Positions 59,735 through 64,000 of a stretch of DNA of 64,000 nucleotides are shown here, in pieces. The DNA lies in assembly GCA_963664405.1 (NCBI GenBank), contig OY761158.1, forward strand, positions 1,088,001 to 1,152,000, read 5' to 3'. Positions within the stretch are counted from its first letter, which is position 1. Each line of letters begins with the position of its first letter. Under the pieces are notes generated by a model that was not told where the DNA came from, did no database searches, and worked only from the letters and a program-made list of their open reading frames with translations. The DNA comes from Thermoanaerobaculia bacterium. GTDB taxonomy: Bacteria > Acidobacteriota > Thermoanaerobaculia > Multivoradales > Multivoraceae. Position numbers and translations under genes: made by a program.

Positions 59735-59865
59735 GGCATCTCGGCTTTCTGATCGCGGTTTAGGGTCTCAATCCGGCCAGCATCATCGTCGCGCGCGAGA
59801 GCGCGGGAGGGAGGTCCTGAGAGGCATCACTACGCTCAGAGTAAGGGAGCAGTAAGCTCTCAGAG

Positions 59866-60318
59866 ATGGCTGATGTCGAGAGCCACCGCATGTTTCTCTG
59901 CGATCGCTGTCAGACGCGCGTCTCGATCTGCAGGAGCTGCGACCGGGGCCAGAGGTATTGCGGCCACGCGTGCGCCCGTCAGGCCCGCCGTGCGGCTCAT
60001 CGGCAGGCGAATCGTCGCTACCAGAGGACCGCACGCGGTCGAGAGTTTCATCGTACTCGCCAGGCCCGGTATCGAGCTGGCCGACCATCGGACAGCGGCC
60101 GCGTGACGGATCACAGTAGCTCCAGAGCACCTTCCGCTGCTCCAGTGTCGTCCGTACCAGAATCCGTCCACTTCTGTTGCGGTTGTGGCGCCGGTCCGGT
60201 GAAGTTCCTGAGACTCCAACCGCTTACGCGTCGCCGATCGCGCCGGAGACGAGTCTACCGACGTCCGGCAACGCCCCGAGAAACCGCGGCCTCGCAGCCA
60301 GAATCCCGCACTTTCTGA
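59866..60318 (+). CDS. Cys-rich, Arg-rich putative zinc-finger protein, homolog of 3823-4314
   Basis: CDRC-x6-CRSCDRGQRYC-x3-C, RRYQ.T.RGR..H, VT.H and a C-terminal CxxC; stop inside the right IR. Confidence 0.8.
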   Translation: MADVESHRMFLCDRCQTRVSICRSCDRGQRYCGHACARQARRAAHRQANRRYQRTARGREFHRTRQARYRAGRPSDSGRVTDHSSSRAPSAAPVSSVPESVHFCCGCGAGPVKFLRLQPLTRRRSRRRRVYRRPATPRETAASQPESRTF

Positions 60319-60330
60319 CCGCCGACAACA

Positions 60331-60582
60331 CGGGAACTTGAGCTGGGCGAAGTACTGTCTCAGCGTCTCGACAGCTCCTGATTCGCGCGCCTCGCGCTCG
60401 TAGGCCAGCCAGGCCTCGACATGAGGTTCGTCCGGAAGGGGCAGTTCGACCGGCGACGTGTCTTCGACCGACGGCGCCTCGCCATAGGCCAGTAGGACCT
60501 CCAGAAAACCGGGCGTCGCCCCCGACTCCTTCAGGACTTCCACCCGGAAGGCGCGCCGCTCGTTAGCGGGGTCCGACATCAC
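60331..60582 (-). pseudogene. Hypothetical protein truncated at the mini-element right end
   Basis: LPLPDEPHVEAW..QLKFP reads directly into the element's terminal TGT; no long continuation on the other side. Confidence 0.7.
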
Positions 60583-60601
60583 GCCATCGGAGCCGCGCAG
60601 C

Positions 60602-62653
60602 TCAGCGAAGCTCGCCGCGTTCCTCGCGATACATCGCCCAGCCTCCCTCGATCGCGGCGACGAGCTCCGGTCCTACGGCACGCAACGCCTCATCCGCCTT
60701 CTCCGACACGTTCAGACCGGTGTACTCGACACGCTCGCTCCAACCGGGTCCGAGGGCTTGCTGGCCGCCGGTGAGAAAGCCGTGAACACGAAGCTCCGAG
60801 GTGAGGGCAAAACTCCGCCGCCCCAAGTAGTAGAGCTCCCGCTCGCCTAGGAACTCTGCTTCCGCCAGTACTACGGAGTGGACATCGTTGATGGCGAGAT
60901 AGGGAGCGATGAGAGCCAGGTCCACGTCACCCGAGCCGACCAGGCCGCGAATCTCCGGCATGGCGTGCTCGTCGACGATCTCGAAACCACGCAGTGCGAG
61001 CTCGTTTTCCAGAACCTCCTCGGCCGCGGCAGCGAGGGTGGCTTCGCCTATTCCGAGGACCACCAGCCGAGGAACGGCCGGTAGCGGCTGGCGCCTCTGC
61101 GCGACCTCAGTGGTCCCGACATTGGCCGCCGGCTCTCGGGGGAGATGGCGGGCGGCGAGCTCGCCGTCAGCTCTGCTTTCGATGCCGTTAGGCACTGCAA
61201 TTGGCTCTTGCACCGGCGTCGCTTCCTCACCGACATGGTTGGCGAGCTCTAGCGCAGAATGTGGCGCGCCATCAGCCGCGGCGCCCGGCCCCTGCACCGT
61301 TCTCTCGGCGACCTGGCGCTCTGCACGGGTCGCGATCTCGATCGCACCCTCGACAGTTTGCTCGCTAACCTGAAGCTCTTCTTTCTCGGTGGCCGGAAGT
61401 GCTTCGCCCGCGCTGACCTCGGCCGCGACCTGGTCTGAACCACGGCTTCCCACCCACGCCGACAGCACTCGCTTGCCGAGGAAAAGACCCGTACCGGCGA
61501 CCCCTACCGCGAGCAGTAAAAGGAGGACGGCGACGAGAGCGACTCGGCGGGCTGGTGCGCCATAAGCTCCGGATTGGGGCACTCCCTCAGGCTGGGGATT
61601 CGCGTCCTCACCCGGCTGGATCGTGGTTGCCGCCGAAGATGCTGCTTGAGCTGCGTCCGCAGGTGCGGCGGGAGGCGCGGGCGGCTGATCAGGCGTCGTT
61701 TCACGGATCTCTTCAACCCGGATCGTGGCCGAGAGCGGAGGGGAGTCCGGGACGGCCGCGGGCGGCGGCGGTACAAAGAGCGGCGGCGGCATCACCGCCG
61801 TCGAGGTGCCGCTAGCTCCAATTGACTGGCTGAGGCCTTCGAGATAGCTGTCGAGGTCGCTGATCACCTCATGGCAGCTCTGGTAGCGCTGCGCCGGGTC
61901 TTTGGCGAGCATCTTCGTAACGATTCCGTTCAGCTCCGCGCTGACGCCGGAATCGAGCTCATCGAGCGGCGGTGGCTCCTCGTAAAGAATCTGGCGAATG
62001 ATCGCGAGGGGGCTGTTGCCCTCGAATGGGGTAGTTCCCGCGAGCATCTCGTACAGGGTCATTCCAAGTGAGTAGATGTCGCTGCGCGCGTCGGCCGCCG
62101 TGCCCTCGCACTGCTCGGGAGCGAGATACCCCGGGGTTCCCATCAACATACCGGTAGCAGTCAACCTCGTCCCAGCGTCGTCGGGCTGAAGAGCGAGGCC
62201 GAAGTCGGCGATCTTCACCAAGTCGCCCTTCGTCAGCATCAGGTTCGCGGGCTTGATGTCACGGTGCACCAAACCCTGGTCGTGGGCGTCGGCGAGCCCA
62301 GACGCGGCTTGGCGCCCCAGCCTGGCAGCCCGCGCCGGCTCGAGGGCCCCCTCTTTCTTCAGGACGTCCCTGATCGAGGGTCCCTCGACGAACTCCATGA
62401 CGAAGTAGGGAACCCCCTTCTCGTCACCGATATAGTAAATCTGGGTGACGTTGGGGTGCGAGAGGCTCGCGGCACTCTGAGCCTCGCGCCTGAAACGGGT
62501 GACGAAATCCTGGTCCTCGGTGAGGTGCTCCGCCAGGACTTTGATCGCCACGTAGCGATTCAGGGACTCCTCGTAAGCCCTGTAGACGACGCCCATGCCG
62601 CCACGGCCAAGCTCGTTGACGACGCGATAGTGACCAAAGAGTTTCTCTTCCAC
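60602..62653 (-). CDS. Membrane-anchored Ser/Thr protein kinase
   Basis: GRGGMG, VAIK, HRDIKPAN, DFG, GTPGYLAPE, Pro-rich linker and TM helix. Confidence 0.93.
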   Translation of the reverse strand: MEEKLFGHYRVVNELGRGGMGVVYRAYEESLNRYVAIKVLAEHLTEDQDFVTRFRREAQSAASLSHPNVTQIYYIGDEKGVPYFVMEFVEGPSIRDVLKKEGALEPARAARLGRQAASGLADAHDQGLVHRDIKPANLMLTKGDLVKIADFGLALQPDDAGTRLTATGMLMGTPGYLAPEQCEGTAADARSDIYSLGMTLYEMLAGTTPFEGNSPLAIIRQILYEEPPPLDELDSGVSAELNGIVTKMLAKDPAQRYQSCHEVISDLDSYLEGLSQSIGASGTSTAVMPPPLFVPPPPAAVPDSPPLSATIRVEEIRETTPDQPPAPPAAPADAAQAASSAATTIQPGEDANPQPEGVPQSGAYGAPARRVALVAVLLLLLAVGVAGTGLFLGKRVLSAWVGSRGSDQVAAEVSAGEALPATEKEELQVSEQTVEGAIEIATRAERQVAERTVQGPGAAADGAPHSALELANHVGEEATPVQEPIAVPNGIESRADGELAARHLPREPAANVGTTEVAQRRQPLPAVPRLVVLGIGEATLAAAAEEVLENELALRGFEIVDEHAMPEIRGLVGSGDVDLALIAPYLAINDVHSVVLAEAEFLGERELYYLGRRSFALTSELRVHGFLTGGQQALGPGWSERVEYTGLNVSEKADEALRAVGPELVAAIEGGWAMYREERGELR

Positions 62654-62832
62654 TTCCCACAGGCTAGCAGAGCTGAGCCGACAAAAGGCCGAGACCAGGC
62701 CGAATTGCTCGTGGCCGCCCTGTGCTTGAAAGTAAGCGCAGGCCGGTTTATTGTCCGGTCATAAGAGCCTAGAGACGGCGGAGCGCTGCGCTAGTGGCGC
62801 TCCAACCCACCGGCGAGGAGGACAACGGCCCG

Positions 62833-64000
62833 ATGAAGAGCACAGCGACTACCAAGGCTACCCTCCGCTTTCTAGCAGCGCTGATCTTCGCAACAGTGGC
62901 CGGGGCAGCCGAGCGAAACAACATCGTCCTCCTATTCGCCGACGACCTCGGTTATGGCAGTGTGTCTTCGTACGGAGGTGAAGTTCCGACGCCGCATATC
63001 GACTCGATCGGGCGCAACGGCGTTCGCTTCACTTCGGGCTATATGACCGCGCCGGTCTGCAATCCCTCCCGCCACGGCTTGTTGACCGGGCGCTATCAGC
63101 AACGCTGGGGCAAAGAACAGAACTCCCAGACCGAGCCTCCGCAAGGGCAGCGGGGCCGGGGAGACCTACCGCTCGAGCAGAAGACGATCGCCGATGCCTT
63201 GAAGAAAGTCGGCTACACCAACGGAGCCCTCGGCAAGTGGCAGCTGTCGATGGCGGACGGCTACCACCCGCTCGACCGAAGTTTCGACTACTTCGTCGGC
63301 ATGGCCTCCGGAATGCCCCATCTCGATCCGAGCTGGCCCGATGCACACGTCGCTCCCGAGCCCCCGCCCGACCCCATCATCTATACCTCGGCCGCCGAAC
63401 AGGCGGCACGAGAAGCTCCTTTGGCACCCAGGCACCTCTTCCGCGGCCGCCAGCAGATCGAGCGCGATGAGTACCTGACCGATCTCCTGGCGAAGGAAGG
63501 CGTCGCGTTCATCGATAGGAACAAGGATCGTCCCTTCTTTCTCTACCTTCCTTTCTACGCGGTGCACGGCCCCATCCAGGTGACCGACAAGTATTACCAG
63601 CGCTTCCCGCAATACAAGACCGAGCATCGACGCATCTACGCGGCGATGATCAGTGCGCTCGACGATGGGGTCGGCACCATCCTCGCCAAGCTTCGAGAAG
63701 AAGGTCTCGAAGAGAAGACCCTGGTGATATTCACCAGCGACAACGGCGCCCAAGGGACCTACGACATCGATCGGGTATACAACGTGCCACTGACGGGCCA
63801 CAAGCGCAATCTCTACGGCGGCGGCATTCGCCTTCCCTATCTGATGCAGTGGAAGGGACGGATCCCGGCCGGGCAGGTAAACACCCACCCCGTGAGCTCA
63901 CTCGACATCTTCCCGACTGCGTTGGCGGCTGCCGGCGAGGAAGATGTCGATACGTACCGACTCGACGGCGTCAACCTGCTCCCCTACCTCGAGGGAGACA
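62833..64000 (+). CDS. Sulfatase, 3'-partial
   Basis: Translated by hand from ATG 62833: signal peptide, NIVLLFADDLG, CNPSR, GKWQ and SDNG. Runs off the window, so it is absent from the ORF track. Confidence 0.92.
   Translation, partial: MKSTATTKATLRFLAALIFATVAGAAERNNIVLLFADDLGYGSVSSYGGEVPTPHIDSIGRNGVRFTSGYMTAPVCNPSRHGLLTGRYQQRWGKEQNSQTEPPQGQRGRGDLPLEQKTIADALKKVGYTNGALGKWQLSMADGYHPLDRSFDYFVGMASGMPHLDPSWPDAHVAPEPPPDPIIYTSAAEQAAREAPLAPRHLFRGRQQIERDEYLTDLLAKEGVAFIDRNKDRPFFLYLPFYAVHGPIQVTDKYYQRFPQYKTEHRRIYAAMISALDDGVGTILAKLREEGLEEKTLVIFTSDNGAQGTYDIDRVYNVPLTGHKRNLYGGGIRLPYLMQWKGRIPAGQVNTHPVSSLDIFPTALAAAGEEDVDTYRLDGVNLLPYLEGD

Larger units (their letters stand above)
59674..60330 (+). mobile_element. 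Non-autonomous IS21-type mini-element (657 bp) carrying only the zinc-finger ORF
   Basis: TGTTGTCGGC...GCCGACAACA ends; last 36 bp match the right end of 3577-6902 at 33/36; a 22-bp leader motif is identical to 3643-3664. Confidence 0.9.

Noticed and set aside
59804-59810. Leader 7-mer CGGGAGG is complementary to the mini-element's left flank CCTCCCG; similarly TGACGCC in the IS leader versus GGCGTCA at its target, suggesting RNA-guided targeting
   Set aside because: 7-nt GC-rich matches at non-equivalent leader positions are expected by chance. Many element copies with co-varying leader and target would be needed.
59860-60582. 240-aa ORF as a real full-length protein
   Set aside because: Residues after QLKFP are read-through into the antisense strand of the mini-element.
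1-64000. tRNA, rRNA, T-box upstream of tyrS, cobalamin riboswitch near the dehalogenase-like genes
   Set aside because: No recognisable structures by eye and the relevant intergenic regions are short; a covariance-model scan would be needed to exclude them fully.

Overview
GC-rich bacterial genomic window. The gene style (Tat/Sec sulfatases, DUF1592/DUF1552/ankyrin cluster, several Hanks-type Ser/Thr kinases, PQQ dehydrogenases) suggests Acidobacteriota or a similar lineage; this is an inference. It holds metabolic genes, tyrS, a VapBC pair, a GHKL ATPase, a tandem pair of cobalamin/Fe-S reductive-dehalogenase-like genes and a kinase/FHA-cyclase signalling cluster. Mobile DNA is abundant: (1) a complete 3326-bp IS21-family element (3577-6902, 5-bp TSD TCACG) that splits a NUDIX gene and carries two extra ORFs beside istA/istB; (2) a 657-bp non-autonomous relative (59674-60330) with matching ends that has kept only the Cys-rich zinc-finger-like accessory ORF, intact but strongly diverged; (3) a 30-bp hairpin inserted inside that mini-element's left end; (4) a CTAG-flanked 159-bp MITE inside a PQQ dehydrogenase gene; (5) an ISAzo13-family element with an A8 frameshift site. 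Many genes are decayed by internal deletions, truncations or frameshifts. The best candidate for an undescribed system is the IS21 accessory zinc-finger module with its structured leader and transposase-free mini-element. All family assignments come from motif recognition by eye; no database searches were run.
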